From assembly GCF_006345805.1 (NCBI RefSeq), contig NC_043016.1, positions 4,526,001 to 4,590,000 of the forward strand: DNA of 64,000 bases, written 5' to 3'. This stretch comes from Octopus sinensis (Eukaryota). Made by a program: the position numbers and the translations under genes. Shown here piece by piece: positions 1-13,039 of the stretch (within the stretch, counting starts at the first letter, position 1; each line of letters opens with the position of its first letter). The notes under the pieces are model-generated. The model was not told the origin of the DNA. It ran no database searches and saw nothing but the letters and a program-made list of their open reading frames with translations.

Positions 1-933
1 TTCGTTTCATTTTGGCTGTTATTTCTAGCTAATCCAAAGCATGGCCTGAGATTTAGAAAATGATATTATTCTAAAGGTATATAAATATAAATCTTGGAAG
101 TGTTTGGAAGAAAACGAAAAAGATCGAGAGTGGTTCTCAAACTAAATTCATGTACGGTAGGCCTTCACATATCTAATACATTGATTTAAAAATATCAATT
201 GAAATTATCCATGCTATAGGTAAAGAAAAACTCCCGCCACCACCATCACCAAAAGAATACATGGATGGGTAATATCTCAGTTTGGATAAGATAATCTAGG
301 TAAATGAACGACTGAAGCTAAATGGTGAAAGCCACTAATGAAGGCAGCCGGATAAAATTATAGGAGAAAAGTTTACATGAAGCGGCTAAACAAGATTAAC
401 AATATAAATCTTCAGCGGTGGGGAATGAATTTTACAACAATTTAGAATTAACAGTGATCTCTATATCCTTGCGTTCCCCTATTTTTCATGTAGCTTGATT
501 AAGGTATTGTCTCCAGGGGATGTGATTTTGTTTAGATTGTGATATTATAAGTGGAGGTGAAGTTCTTCAACCCTTTCTGGATGTAGTTAGTGGTAAAGAG
601 ATGTAAAAAAAAAAAAATACAGCAAGACATTTTACCCACCCCATTCTACGAAATCAACGACAAGGATAATAATTCGTTTGATATATTTTTGTTGGAAATT
701 ACTTCTTTTAACGCAGAAAAGTAAATTGTATTAGAACAAGTCGTGAAGGGATTCTTTAAATAAAGGATATCTTTGGATGTGTAAAATATCATCATGGAAA
801 CACTGTCTAACTAATTAATTAATTTCCTTATTATTTAATTACTGCCTAACTAATTAAGTAATTTCTTTATTATTTTGCTTCCCACTAGAGTCTGTTCAGT
901 CATACAACCTCACGCACATACACAATATAATGT

Positions 934-1310
934 TTAGCAAAGCAAAATAAAGAAAACCTTTTAAAATCAACGGTTAAATATGAGAAGGTCATTTGAAGAA
1001 GTTGTAGAAGTGATTCGAAGACTTTCATAAAATGAAATAAAAAAAAGAAAATACTAAACAAGAGAAATGAGAGGCACCGGCTTCACAGTTGTCAATATTC
1101 ACGTTAGATAATAATTAGAAATTAACAATGTAACAAGAACATAAACAAAAAGAATATTTATTGATTTCAGCAGAAAGGGAGCAAAACGGAAAGAAATATC
1201 AGTTAAAGGCTAAGATATAAGTTACATGGATTTATGTACGTAATACTATTCAATTCTGCTCTTGGAATTGGTTGACAGACCTGGTGTAGTTTCATCAACA
1301 AAGCCGAGAC
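934..1310 (+). repeat. Copy of locally amplified unclassified module
   Basis: Shares blocks with 3130-3420(-) and 5985-6205(-), e.g. AGAAATTAACAATGTAACAAGAA vs AGAAATTAACAACGTTACAAGAA, and GAGGCACCGGCTTCACAG vs GAGGCATCGGCTTCACAAG. Confidence 0.65.
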
Positions 1311-1312
1311 TT

Positions 1313-1430
1313 CTGTGTGTGTGTGTGTGTGTGGTGTGTGTGTGTGTGGTGTGTGTGTGTGTGTGTCTGTGTGTGTGTGGTGTGTGTGTGTTGTGTGTGT
1401 GTGTGTGTATGTGAGTGTGTGTGCGCGTGC
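1313..1430. repeat. (TG)n microsatellite, imperfect
   Basis: Seen directly; source of the C/V- and H/T-rich ORFs here. Confidence 0.97.
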
Positions 1431-1699
1431 ATGTAGCTGTGTGTTCAAGGTAGGGAGCATTCGTGTATGTGCGATTGTCTGCATATGTATTTGTTACTGT
1501 GTCTGTGTGTTCGTGTGAGTGCAGGCTCTGTTTATGTTGTTAGATGAACTGTGTATTCCCAAACAGACACACATATACAGAGAAAGAGAGAGAGAGGGGG
1601 GGAGAAGAGGGATGAGAGAAAAAGAAAACACGAATCATTTTTAAAATTTCACTAACTTTCTGGCTTGCTCCTAATTTCTAATAATTGCATTGTATTAAA

Positions 1700-3420
1700 A
1701 TAAATAGGAAATATTTTTCTGAAACTTTCTATTATTTCTAAATTATTTACACACCAAATAGAAAAACACAAAAACACAAATACATAGGCTCGGACACTTA
1801 CACACTCAGACACATACATGCATCGATATATACATACATGTATACTTACCTTCGTACAGACAAAATGCACGTATACACACGGAACCACACATATAGATTA
1901 ACTCTGACCACCAGATACACATAATTACACAAGCACAGTCACTGTGGAAAACACAAACACAGAAAAGTCTTCGCAACACAATAAACAAAAATTCTTAGAA
2001 ACGAACAGGTGGACATGAAGAGCTTATTTGAAGAAGCTGCAAAGGTGCAACAGAAGCGTTCCTAAAATGTAATATTCATGAAACTGAAGAATTATTTTAT
2101 CAATGAGGCCGGGTCACAAGCCACAAAAATAATTTACCTATCCATCTCGACACATGCGGTGCCGCCACGAAAACACCAAGTCCACACACCCACACGCACG
2201 CAAACACACACGCGTGCGCACATTTTCAAATTATATTTACGGTAAAGTAAGTTTGTATAATTTATGAATTACACCAACTTTCAGAAGACAATTTGTATAT
2301 TTTTTCATTCTTTATAAATTGATATATTACTTTCACTCATGAATTCATCATTCATTCTAACATAATTGTATATTTCTATAGAATAAAAATTAAGAAAAAG
2401 ATTTGAATATAAAATTGAAATTGTCTTGTAATACTTTATTAAAAATAAAATCTTTCGCAAAATCAAATCGGAAATTTTCCAGGACATTTTACAAACCGAA
2501 CAGAGTTAGCTCCCTTGAGAGCAAATTTGACAATATTTCTCAGCAGTTTTAAATACAATATTCTTTTCTTACTCTTTTACTCTTTTACTTGTTTCAGCCA
2601 TCCGGCTGAGGCCATAAACAAAATTATTTTAATGTGCCAATTTACGCAGTTATTTTTTTTATACACTTCAAATGTTTGTCATTTTGTTTAAAGTGTCCGT
2701 TCATATTCTTTAGGATGTATGAATCTATACGAATCAGTTTTCGCTTTCTCTATTACTTCAAACGTCGCTCTTGTGTTCCTTGGGAATGGTGTAGACGCGA
2801 TTAGATGTAAGGTTAAAAAAGGCCACAAAATATTGTCCTTGTGTCAATGTGGTCGGAAATCAATGTCAATTTTTCTGGTGAGTCTGGGCTTTCGCAATTA
2901 TAACAACTCCCCAGCATATCTAATCGTGGCTTGATCAGATTGTTATATCAGCTTTCTTGCCGTGGCTACACCAAGTCCACCGACCAGGCCCACGAACAAA
3001 GTATTATGAAGTGACTTGCCTAAAACTTACATTTTACTTATAGAATATACATTTTATCTGTTTTACAATTAAGTTGAAACTAGAATATAATGTAAGAAGA
3101 AAAAATTAATTGCTTAAGTAAATTAACAATATTACCCGATATTTCTTTCGGCTTGTTCTCCCTGTGTCGAGATCGATAATATTTCTTCTTTTTCTTATCA
3201 TTCTTGTAACGTTGTTAATTTCTTATTAGCATCACACGAGAATACGGATAACAGGGAAGCTGGTGTTTTGCCTGTTTCAAGTTTTTATTATTTATTCATA
3301 TATTTCAACCTTTATTTCATGAAAATATTCGATTCACCCCCAAATCTGCTTCAAATGACCTTTTCGTATCCACTTACCTTTTCCCAGGAGGCTTTGTTTA
3401 TTGCTTGTGTTGCTCAGCAA
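1700..3420. repeat. Duplicated unit 1: + module copy from about 1970, middle region, - module copy ending about 3420
   Basis: 1700-2900 aligns by eye with 6680-7760 and 13040-14300 (GCAACACAATAAACAA, GAAGAGCTTATTTGAAGA, GAGTTAGCTCCCTTGA); 2450-2780 aligns with 4720-5010; 2880-3000 aligns with 5070-5190. Confidence 0.7.
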
Positions 3421-3459
3421 TACATTGCTTGTGTTTGAGGTGACCAGCATTCATGTGTA

Positions 3460-3496
<37 letters not shown>

Positions 3497-3613
3497 TGTG
3501 TTGTGTGTGTTGTGTGTGTGTGTGTGTGTGTTGTATGTTGTGTGTTGTGTGTGTGTGTGTGTGTGTTGGGTGTTGTGTGTTTGTGTGTGTGTGTGTGTGT
3601 TGTGTGTTGTGTG

Positions 3614-3644
<31 letters not shown>

Positions 3645-3737
3645 GTGTGTTGTGTGTTTGTGTGTGTGTGTGTTGTGTGTTGTGTGTTGTGTGCGTGTGT
3701 GTGTTGTGTGTTGTGTGTTGTGTGTGTGTGTTGTGTG

Positions 3738-3768
<31 letters not shown>

Positions 3769-3905
3769 GTGTGTGTGTGTGGTGTGTGTGTGTGTGTTGT
3801 GTGGTCTTGTGTGTTGTGTGTTGTTGTTGTGTGTTGTGTGTGTGTGTGTGTGAGTGTTTGTGTGTGTGTGTGTGTGTTGTGTGTTGTGTGTGTGTGTGTG
3901 TCTGT
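3460..3905. repeat. (TG)n/(TTGTG)n compound microsatellite
   Basis: Seen directly. Confidence 0.97.
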
Positions 3906-4109
3906 GTTTGCTTTGATTATCCTCTTGGATAAACAATACATTTCGATACGCGCGCGCGCGGTGAGGGGATGGGAATGTGAAAGCGAAAGCGAAAGAGAGA
4001 GAGAGAGGGGGGAGAGGAAGAAAAAAAAGGAAAGAAAAAAAGGAAAAGACGGAATGAAGGAAGAAGAGTCGAGAAAGATTTCTGCTTTTTCTTCGATTTA
4101 AATTTTCTC

Positions 4110-6205
4110 ACTACAAAAACATTTGCGTATCGATCTCGCCACATGGAATTTTAAAAAATCAATGCCTGTTCGAAGGATGAAATATTTAATCAATCACCCA
4201 CCAAATGCACATACACACACACACATACAAACACACACACAAACACACACACACACACTCACACGCACACACACACACATACAAACACACACACACACTC
4301 ATACGCACACACACACACATACATACAAGCGCGCGCGCACGCACACATGCACACACACACACTCACACACACACACACACTCACACACACACAGAGACAT
4401 ACAAACACACGCGCGCGCGAACACGCACACATACGCACACACACATACACACACTCACACGCACACACACACTCATACATACACGCACTCACACACACAC
4501 ACACACACATTCACACACACGCACACACATAACTATGTCTTTATAAGTTGTATTTATAAGAAAGTAAACTTTGTTCTCATTGACAAATATTTTTGAGCGA
4601 CAAACTTTTGAAGAATAATTTACATTTATTCACTCATTATAAATTTATATATAACTTTCATTTGTCAATTCATTCACAATGAGAAAATCATACAATAGAA
4701 ATTTATTAAAAGTATTTTGAAAATAAAATCTTTCTGAAAATAAAAACCGAAATTTTCCAGGGCTTTTTACAACCCAAACGGAGTTAGCTCCCTTGAAAAT
4801 AAAATCGCCAATAATTTTCTTATCTAAAATAGTCTAGGGATCTTTTCTTTTTTTCTTTTTATTATACCATATAATTATTATTTTTATTTACTTTGGACGT
4901 ATTTTATTTCGTTTAGAGTGTCCACTTATATTCTTTGAGTTATACGAACCTATAGGAATCAGTTTTCGCCTACACTCTTCAAAAGTTATTCTTGTGTTCT
5001 AGAAATCAGATGGTGTATCCATGAGTGGATGGTTAGTTCAATAACGACAGACGTGCTAGGAAACCAGTGAGAAATATGCTAGTGACACTGGGCATTCTTA
5101 GTTATACGACTATTCATTATAACAAATCTTGGCTCAGTTTCTTTTCTCAAATTTCTTCATCAGGCTACAACCAGATCCAGCACCCCGTTCTAAGAGCAGA
5201 TTCAAAAAAGATTGGTATTAGTCTGCGTTAACAAGTCTTGAATTATTTGGTAAATTACAATAAATTTGCCCTGGGAACCGAAAATCCAACGTTTCAGACA
5301 AAAAGGCGAGAAATGAAAGAATCATAACAGAGTTTTACATTTTCTAAGCTAAAACAAAAACTGACAGCAACTGATAAGAAGCGCAGGACTGCGTGGGCTT
5401 GAAGAGGAAGTCGCAGGAGAGAGAAACAGTTTGGGAAAGACTGACGGAAAGAGGAATTGAAGGAGGAGCTGGAGGCAAAGTCGAGACTGATGTGAAGGGA
5501 AAAGATGAGGTGAGAGTTGAAAGATAATCAGAGGTTTAATGATCCAAAAGGAGGAATAGGATTAGAAGGAAAAGCGTCCGTTTAAGCCTGTCAGTGGCAT
5601 GGTGCCAAATTCAAATACGAAACATTGTCATTTTCGTTTCTGTGAGAATATGGAAATCGATGGTGAGCAGAGATTCCACACACTGATAACTGAGTGATGG
5701 AATGGCCAGTGCAATTGATGTGGGTGGTTACAGGTTGGCCTGGTATATGCAGTGGTATGCTTTATACCAGCTCCCGAAAGAGATTGTCAAGGCGTCAACC
5801 TGTTTCCTTAAATGTAAAGGACGTCACAATGAATGCATAGATACAACATATTATTGTATATTGTTAGACGATGTATTAAATAGTGACCTCCCACAAAAAT
5901 TAACAACTAAACCTATAAGTTATACGCGTCTTATCTTTTTGTATTATGTTGAAAACGAACTGTAATCAAATAATTAATGGGTTAGATTAATATAACTGCT
6001 ATTTCTTTTGGTTTTCACTCTCTGTGTTGTGGGCGATAAATATTCCATTTCTGGCATGTTTACTGCCTTATTGATATCGCTTGTGAAGCCGATGCCTCCC
6101 ACTTCTCAAGTTTTATTCAATTTTAATCTTATTTCATGAACGTCTGAAACCTCTTCAAATTTATCCGTTTTGTGGAAGAGGTTTTGTTTATTGTATGTTG
6201 CTAAG
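4110..6205. repeat. Duplicated unit 2 (5'-truncated; contains CA microsatellite 4210-4530 and an inserted segment)
   Basis: AAATAAAATCTTT...GAAATTTTCCAGG...GAGTTAGCTCCCTTGA and GAATCAGTTTTCGC shared with unit 1; ends in a - module copy like unit 1. Confidence 0.65.
5380..5830 (-). mobile_element. Possible decayed 3' end of a CR1/L2-type LINE
   Basis: Minus-strand FHHSVISVWN resembles the C-terminal SFF..I..WN.LP motif of CR1/L2 ORF2; the segment is absent from unit 1. Weak. Confidence 0.3.
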
Positions 6206-6679
6206 AGTTATACTCTGCGTATGTATAGCTGTATTTGTGTGTCTGTGTGCGAGTATATTTGTGTCCGCAGAGTGAGTGAAAGAGAAAGAGAGAGAGAGAG
6301 AATGACAAAGAGACAAAGACATAGAGGGAGAGATAGCGGGGAAGTGAGAGGAAGAGAGACTGAGAGAGGGGAGAGATAGAAAGAGAAAGAAACAAAGAAA
6401 GCTAAAAATTAAGGAAAGAAAAAAATATGAAGGAGGGGAAGATATGGAAAGTTTTACTTTGTGTTTCTTCTTTGATAAAATGTCTCTGGCATTCTAACTT
6501 TCTAACAGCTGCTGTGAAATATTTGCTTTTCTTTCATTTCCCCTTTTGTCCGTTCAGGTTTACTGGGCTCTCATATCTTTTTGTGGTCTGTTAAGATCGA
6601 TGGGAACATTTTCTTATATCCTAAGTCATCACCTTCTTAACAAAATAGTTTACTGATATTTCTCATAATTCTGATTTCT

Positions 6680-7760
6680 AAAATTTTATAAACTTCACAA
6701 TTGTCAAAATGAAAAGAAAATCACAAAAACACATGCAGTGACTCAAAACACATGCACACTCACGCATACATAGAATCACATCATATACACATCACACACA
6801 TGAATATATGCATCAATATATACATACTTGCATACTTTTATGCATTCATACGTACATTAAAAATACACACATATACACATAAGTGAACGATGACCACCAC
6901 ATACATACAACTACAGAGTCACACATATATATTAACACGCACGTACATACCAAAATGCTTCGCAACACAATAAACAACAATTCTTACAAAAGTCAGTTGA
7001 ATAAGAAGAGCTTATTTGAAGAGGTTGTAGGGGTGCGACGGAGGGGTTTATAAAAAATAAACGTTAATATTTTCTTTTAAAATTACTCGTATTGTTATCA
7101 ATGAGTCGATATTCCACGCTACGTGATCATTTACTTATCGATCTCGGGAGGTGGGTGGAGGGCAACAAAAAGGAATAGGTTCTAATATGATGAAATATTT
7201 CATCAATCTGCTGCTACACACACAAACACACGCGAATGTATATTTTCAAACTGTTATAATAAAAATGGAAAGACTTACACGATATATGTCGAACATTTTG
7301 ATATCTTAATGCAATAAATGTCTGAATGTTGTGGAGACAGACATTTGTTATTTATAGAGAATTACTTATTTTCAAATGTGATATCAAAATTTGCGAATAA
7401 ACGATGAAATAAGATCCAAACCTGATAATTAAAAACAAGAAATCTGCCGCAAAGCTGCGTGATACTCGTGTCAGACGATCATATAATTTTGTTTGACATT
7501 ACGTTATTACGAATTCGGTGTGCACATGCGCATTGCGAGTTCAAAGTTCTTTTTCTGGTTCCAACACAAAACTGTACAGATCACAGCCATCTCACGAATC
7601 CGCATTCGCGAGGAGCGCCTCGCGCGCAGATGGTTGTGGAATAAACCTTTCTTACAATATTTGTAAAACTGTCTGAAAGTTCATTTTTGAAGTCTTATAA
7701 AAATAAAAAGGCAGAGTTACTTCCCTTGACATAAAAATATGCTGTAGAACTTTTCGAATA
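6680..7760 (+). repeat. Duplicated unit 3 (+ module copy), with a GC-rich insertion at about 7445-7650
   Basis: AAGTGAACGATGACCACC, AAAATGCTTCGCAACACAATAAAC, TTCTTACAAAAGTCA and TTATTTATAGAGA shared with 13040-14300. Confidence 0.7.
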
Positions 7761-8221
7761 TTTCTTAGGAAATTATTTTAAATATTTCTCTTTTGCATGC
7801 ATTATCTTTAAGCCTGTTTTATATTCTAAACAGACAAATGGGGTTTTAAATTATTTCCTTTGAAATGTTTCTATGGTGATGTAATAATTTATAAATTAAC
7901 TTCAACAAAAAGCAATCCGACTTTGCTATTATTTCGTATTTTCCCTTATTCAACAAGCATCAATGAATTTCCTATTAATTGTGTTTAATACGTTAATCAC
8001 GATAGAAGATTGTGATATGCTATCGTCTGTTAAAGAAGATTGTATTATGGAGATATTTTACAATCACCAAACCCAGTTTTGACATTTTCCAAGGCGGTTT
8101 TGGTAACGTTATATTCATTACCACCGAAACACACGCCTCTACTTGCGAAGTCAAAACATATTTTAGGATATTTTCTTTCATTTATTACTATCATATTCAT
8201 GTTTTCCTACAACACATCCCA

Positions 8222-8383
8222 CATAGTTTGGTATATATTATGTGAGCAATATATTTCAAAACAAACGCACGGACACATCCACAGGAGGAGGAGAGAGAGA
8301 AAAGAGGGGAGAGAGAGAGACAGAGAGACAGACAGACAGACAGACAGAGATTGAGAGGGGAGGATGATGACAGACTCAACGAT
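8222..8383 (+). repeat. Arm of an inverted duplication (partner 10834-11006)
   Basis: 49-bp perfect reverse-complement match (CATAGTTTGG...CAAACGCAC) plus similar GA/GACA tract and GACAGACTCAACGAT end. Confidence 0.9.
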
Positions 8384-9491
8384 GAAGTAAGAAATTACAA
8401 TTCAATACTTATATATGCCGATATTTTAAAGAAGGCAAGGAAATCTTTACTGAAGAACCACGTTCCCAACACGCATGAGAATTTCGAATATTATTTAAAA
8501 TTATAAAAAAAAAGAAAAAACAAGATGCTGGAGATTGACTGTTGTCATTATTCAATAATTAGGCAAAAAGGGTAAGATTTTATTCATAAAGTACAGTATT
8601 GAGTCCTGTTTATTTCCTATCTTCATTAAACAGCAGTATTGAAATTATTAAGTATTCAGTTCGAACAATGAAATATTTCAATGAGTCATAATGTGACTAG
8701 TTTCAGGGAAATAGTTTACAATCAACGAACTCGTTTCATACAAATTATAATCATAAAACACACACCGGAATCTGAACGTATAAACTGTGGGATTGCATAA
8801 TATGGCTTTTTTTTTTTTTTTTTTTCTTAGCTTATAAACATATTACTAAATAAAGACTAAGCTTCCAGTGTGGCCAAGCATGACACACACTGCTTCCCCA
8901 CCTGAGACGTTCCTGCAGCTGCATACACGGACACTCTGGCCTGAATCAAGAATAGGGCTCCGTTAGAGTGTAAGAAGTTAAGGGCCAAAAAAAGTGAGAG
9001 GAGAGAGACAGATAAACAGACAAACAAATAAACATGAAGGCAGAGAATTGAGAGAGAGAAAACCCCAAAACCAAAATAAAAATTAAAGAAAAAGAAAAGA
9101 AAAAAGGACGAAAAAATTCCTTTGTTTCTGCTTCTTGGATATTTCTTTGGTCTCCTTTTCATTGATCCCCACATTCGTCCGGTTAGGTTTCCCATCATTT
9201 CATATTTTGCCAAATTTTGTAACTGTTTTTTTTTTTTTTTGTCAAAATATAAGTAAAGCACTCCCGCTCACACACACACACACACACACACACATTGATA
9301 GATACAAAACACACGAGCACAAATACCCATAAATGGTAAACGAACGTTGACCCTCACGTCCGCACAATTACACACTCACTCAGAGAGTTACAAAGACGCA
9401 CACTCATCAAAATGCTCAGATGTAAAATAAGCAACATTTCTGACAAATAACCTTTAAATATTGGTTTCAAATTTTGGCTCAAGGCCAGCAA

Positions 9492-9682
9492 TTTCAGGGG
9501 AGGGGGAAATAAGTTGATCACATTGACCCCAGTATTCAACTGGTACTTATTTTATCGACTCAGAAAGAAGAATGAAAAGCAAAGTGGACCTCGGCGGAAT
9601 TTGAAGTCGGAACTTAGAGACACACGAAATGCCGCTTTTAGCATTTTGCCGGATGTGCTAACGAATCCGTAAGCTGACCACC
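9492..9682 (-). mobile_element. tRNA-derived SINE, Deu/Nin-domain-like family, diverged
   Basis: Reverse complement contains ...TTCAAATTCCGCCGAGGTCCACTTTGCTTTTCAT...GAGTCGATAAAATAAGTACCAGTTG, matching copies at 18465, 26568 and 59975. Confidence 0.85.
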
Positions 9683-9889
9683 TTCCAAACGACGTTTTAA
9701 TATTAATCGCACATTTGAAGATGTAAAGTTGCAACGGAATTGGTCAAATAATTGAATGAAATTGGAAGAAAATTTGGACAATATTTCTATGCTATGAATA
9801 AAACTCTACCTCGAGTTACGGATACATTCACGAATTGATCCCAACACGGAGTACCCAATAGGGAATACGTATTAATATGATGAAATGCT

Positions 9890-10152
9890 GGATCTTTTCG
9901 GTTTGAACGGCAGTTTTTTAACATAATTTCTAGGTAACTAAAAAATTCTAAACTTCGTATACATCTTTTTCTCTTGGCTTTATTGAGAAAATTCTATAGT
10001 TTGTAAGATATTTGTTGTTGTTTTTCTTCAATTTCTGCAATATCTTACAAACAAATATCTTACAAACTACAGAATTTTCTCAATAAAGCCAATAGAAAAA
10101 GATGTTTTATAAACACATTCTACCAGTATACGAAGTTTAAAAGTGTTTAGTT
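9890..10152. mobile_element. Rearranged MITE pieces: left arm forward (9890-10041) joined to an inverted left-arm piece (10041-10152)
   Basis: Starts with TIR GGATCTTTTCGGTTTGAACGGCAGTTT; both pieces match the left part of the intact element at 13175-13590. Confidence 0.85.
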
Positions 10153-10833
10153 TAACTGAGGTTCTTAACTGCTTATTGATAACATGCGAATATTTGTTTT
10201 AATTTCATCAATATTTTACTCCATTCCATGAACACTTCCGCTTCACCTCAACATCTATAAATTAACGCTTCGTATTCAACTGTGTTTTTTAAAATCTTTT
10301 GTTTGTGTTAAGTTTTTTTTTTTTACGTGAGTCTTTGTAATTATGTGTGAGTGTGTGTATCCATGTCTGCTTGTGTGTATTTTCGATGTATTCATGTATG
10401 TGTGTGTATTCTCGATGTATGCATGTATGTGTTTGAGTTTATGTGTGTCTTCTTTCCCCGCCGATCCGTCCAAGTTCGTTCCTTTGGCTGTGGTTTCTTT
10501 CGCTGCAAAGTATTTTTCATTTTGACAAGAAAATTGTTACAAAGTTTAGAAAGTTTTAGAAATCAAAATTATGAGAACTATCAGTAAATTTATTCTATGA
10601 AGGAATGCGGTGACTGAGGACAAAGCAAAATGTTCCTTTCGATGTTAATACACCACAAGAAATATGAAATGTTAGTAAACCTTCAGGGTTAGATGTGGAA
10701 GTCATTGAAAAAGGGACCAAATAATTTCACAGCAGTTGTCTGGAATTCGAAGTAAGCTAGAATGTCGAAGAAATTTTCTCGAAAGTAGAACAGAATTAAA
10801 TTTTTCATTCATTATTGTCACATTTATCTTTTT

Positions 10834-11006
10834 ATCGTTGAGTCTGTCATTCATCCTCTCCCTCTCAATCTCTGTCTGTCTGTCTCTCGGTCTCCTCTAT
10901 CTCCCTAGTCTCCCTCTCTCCCCTCTCTTCTTTCTCTCCCCTCCTGTGGATGTGTGCGTGCGTTTGTTTTGAAATATATTGCTCACATAATATATACCAA
11001 ACTATG
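10834..11006 (-). repeat. Arm of an inverted duplication (partner 8222-8383)
   Basis: See the 8222-8383 entry. Confidence 0.9.
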
Positions 11007-11090
11007 CGCACGCACACATGAACACGCGTAAGACAGACATACACGCACACAAACACACATACCCGATATATATAATATATATATATATAT

Positions 11091-11140
<50 letters not shown>

Positions 11141-11306
11141 TTGTGGTGTGTATACACGCAATGTAGCAACAGACAACAAACAAAAGCTTTGGCGGTTAAA
11201 TATGGAGAAGTTGTAGACGCGCGACGGAAGTTGTTCCTTTGATAGAATTTAAAGAGAAAATAAAGTAAGAAATACGAAGCATCAGCTTCAGAGCTGTAAA
11301 TATTCA

Positions 11307-11649
11307 GGATCTTTCAGGTTTGAACGGCAGTTTTTTTTCTAGCGGTGTTATATGAAATTGTTACCCATAATTATGACCCTAGTATCGATCTATTGCATTT
11401 CATCTCTTTTAGGGTTAGGGTAGGGTTAGGGGTGGGGGGAAAGGTATCTTTTTTCTTCAGAAATGTAAATTGAGTTTATTTCACATTTCAACCAATCATG
11501 AGGTCCATTGAGGTAAAAAAAACATTCTGTGCCGTATGAATATTCCCTCGTTTAAGAAACAGATTGGGTTTATTTACAATTTGTGAAGAAAAAAAGATAC
11601 CCTTCCACCCCCCCCAAACCTAACCCTAAAATAGATTGAAATGCAATAG
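11307..11649. mobile_element. Rearranged MITE pieces: inverted right arm (11307-11470), 14-nt filler, forward central/right part (11485-11649, runs into the gap)
   Basis: GGATCTTTCAGGTTTGAACGGCAGTTT TIR-like start; both pieces match 13340-13590; TTAGGG/CCCTAA repeats present. Confidence 0.85.
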
Positions 11650-11749
11650 NNNNNNNNNNNNNNNNNNNNNNNNNNNNNNNNNNNNNNNNNNNNNNNNNNN
11701 NNNNNNNNNNNNNNNNNNNNNNNNNNNNNNNNNNNNNNNNNNNNNNNNN
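11650..11749. other. Assembly gap (100 N)
   Basis: Seen directly. Confidence 1.
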
Positions 11750-11870
11750 ACCTGTAATTATTGGAGCCCTGGGATATGTAGCACACTGCCGAAATACCAA
11801 TCTTGAGAAATGAGGCTTCTCAAAACCGGAAAGGAGAAAGCTAATTCGAAGACTACAGGTCCAATTTCTT
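11750..11870 (+). mobile_element. 3' fragment of an RLE-type non-LTR retrotransposon
   Basis: Translates PVIIGALGYVAHCRNTNLEK*GFSKPERRKLIRRLQ; P(V)IIGALG is typical of the REL endonuclease C-terminus. Confidence 0.55.
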
Positions 11871-12059
11871 TATTAGCCACAAGGGCCCAAACATAGAGGG
11901 GGACAATACAGCCTGGTTGGGGTCAGACACACAATGATTATATGACTTTTAAAATTTTACAAAATATAATGAAATCGAATGGAATCGAATGAGATACAAG
12001 GACGAAATACAAACATGAAATGAAGCAGAGAGATGGCTTACGCTCCGACCCCACGAGCC

Positions 12060-12400
12060 CCATTATCCTACTGAAACTTTTGTATTCAGACTTATGTCAT
12101 GTTTACGAGGAATCTTTCATTCCCAGCACCCTCGCAACATGCGACCATCTTTCTTTGAACATTTTCTTTGACAGGCATCTTCTCTCCAGCCTCACCTTCC
12201 TTTTAAGGTGGAAGATAAAAAATTTCACCAACCCGAGACCGGAGATGAGGTTGCCTGTCGCCAAACCTTTCATTCGCGACTTCCATACCACCTCTTTCGC
12301 CATTGCTACTACTGCGAGAAAACATTGCTTACCTTCTTTCGTGAGGAAATCCGGTGGGTCAATTTTTACGATTGACTCAGACGACAGAAACCTATAAAAC
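12060..12400 (-). mobile_element. 3' end of an L1/Tx1-clade LINE
   Basis: ORF 12103-12303(-) AKEVVWKSRMKG...FFIFHLKRKVRLERR is homologous to 55302-55583(-) AKEVVWWTKLKC...FFKFHLKRNLRMERK. Confidence 0.7.
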
Positions 12401-12479
12401 CTTCCACAAGTTTATCATTTAAATACATATGAGCATGTTTAGATATACAACCATATGCATGAGAATACATATATGAAAC

Positions 12480-12902
12480 ATACAAATCTACACATACATA
12501 CGTACATGCATACATACAGACAGACAGACATGCAGACATACATACAGACATACATACATACATACATACATACATGCATGCATACATACATACATACATG
12601 CATGCATACATACATGCATGCATACATACATACACACATACATACATACATAACATACATACATACATACATACATACATACATACATACATACATACAT
12701 ACATGCATACATACATGCACACACATACATACATACATACATACATACATACACACACATACATACATACATACATGCATACATACATACACACACATAC
12801 ATACATACATACATACATACATACATAAATACATACATACATACATACATACATACATACATACATACATACATACATACATACATACATACATACATAC
12901 AT
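12480..12902. repeat. (CATA)n microsatellite
   Basis: Seen directly. Confidence 0.97.
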
Positions 12903-13000
12903 ACCGTGTTGTTGATGTTGAAATTCCAGTAGATCTAGATTAGAAACCGGCTATTTTTCTATTGGCAATTGGCAAGAAATCTTTAAATACATCTGAATAA

Positions 13001-13038
<38 letters not shown>

Positions 13039-13039
13039 T

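Noticed and set aside
8857-9261. 134-aa minus ORF with GRMWGSMKRR (neuropeptide-like dibasic site)
   Set aside because: No signal peptide or repeated peptides; the ORF is padded by poly-A and CT/GT low-complexity tracts.
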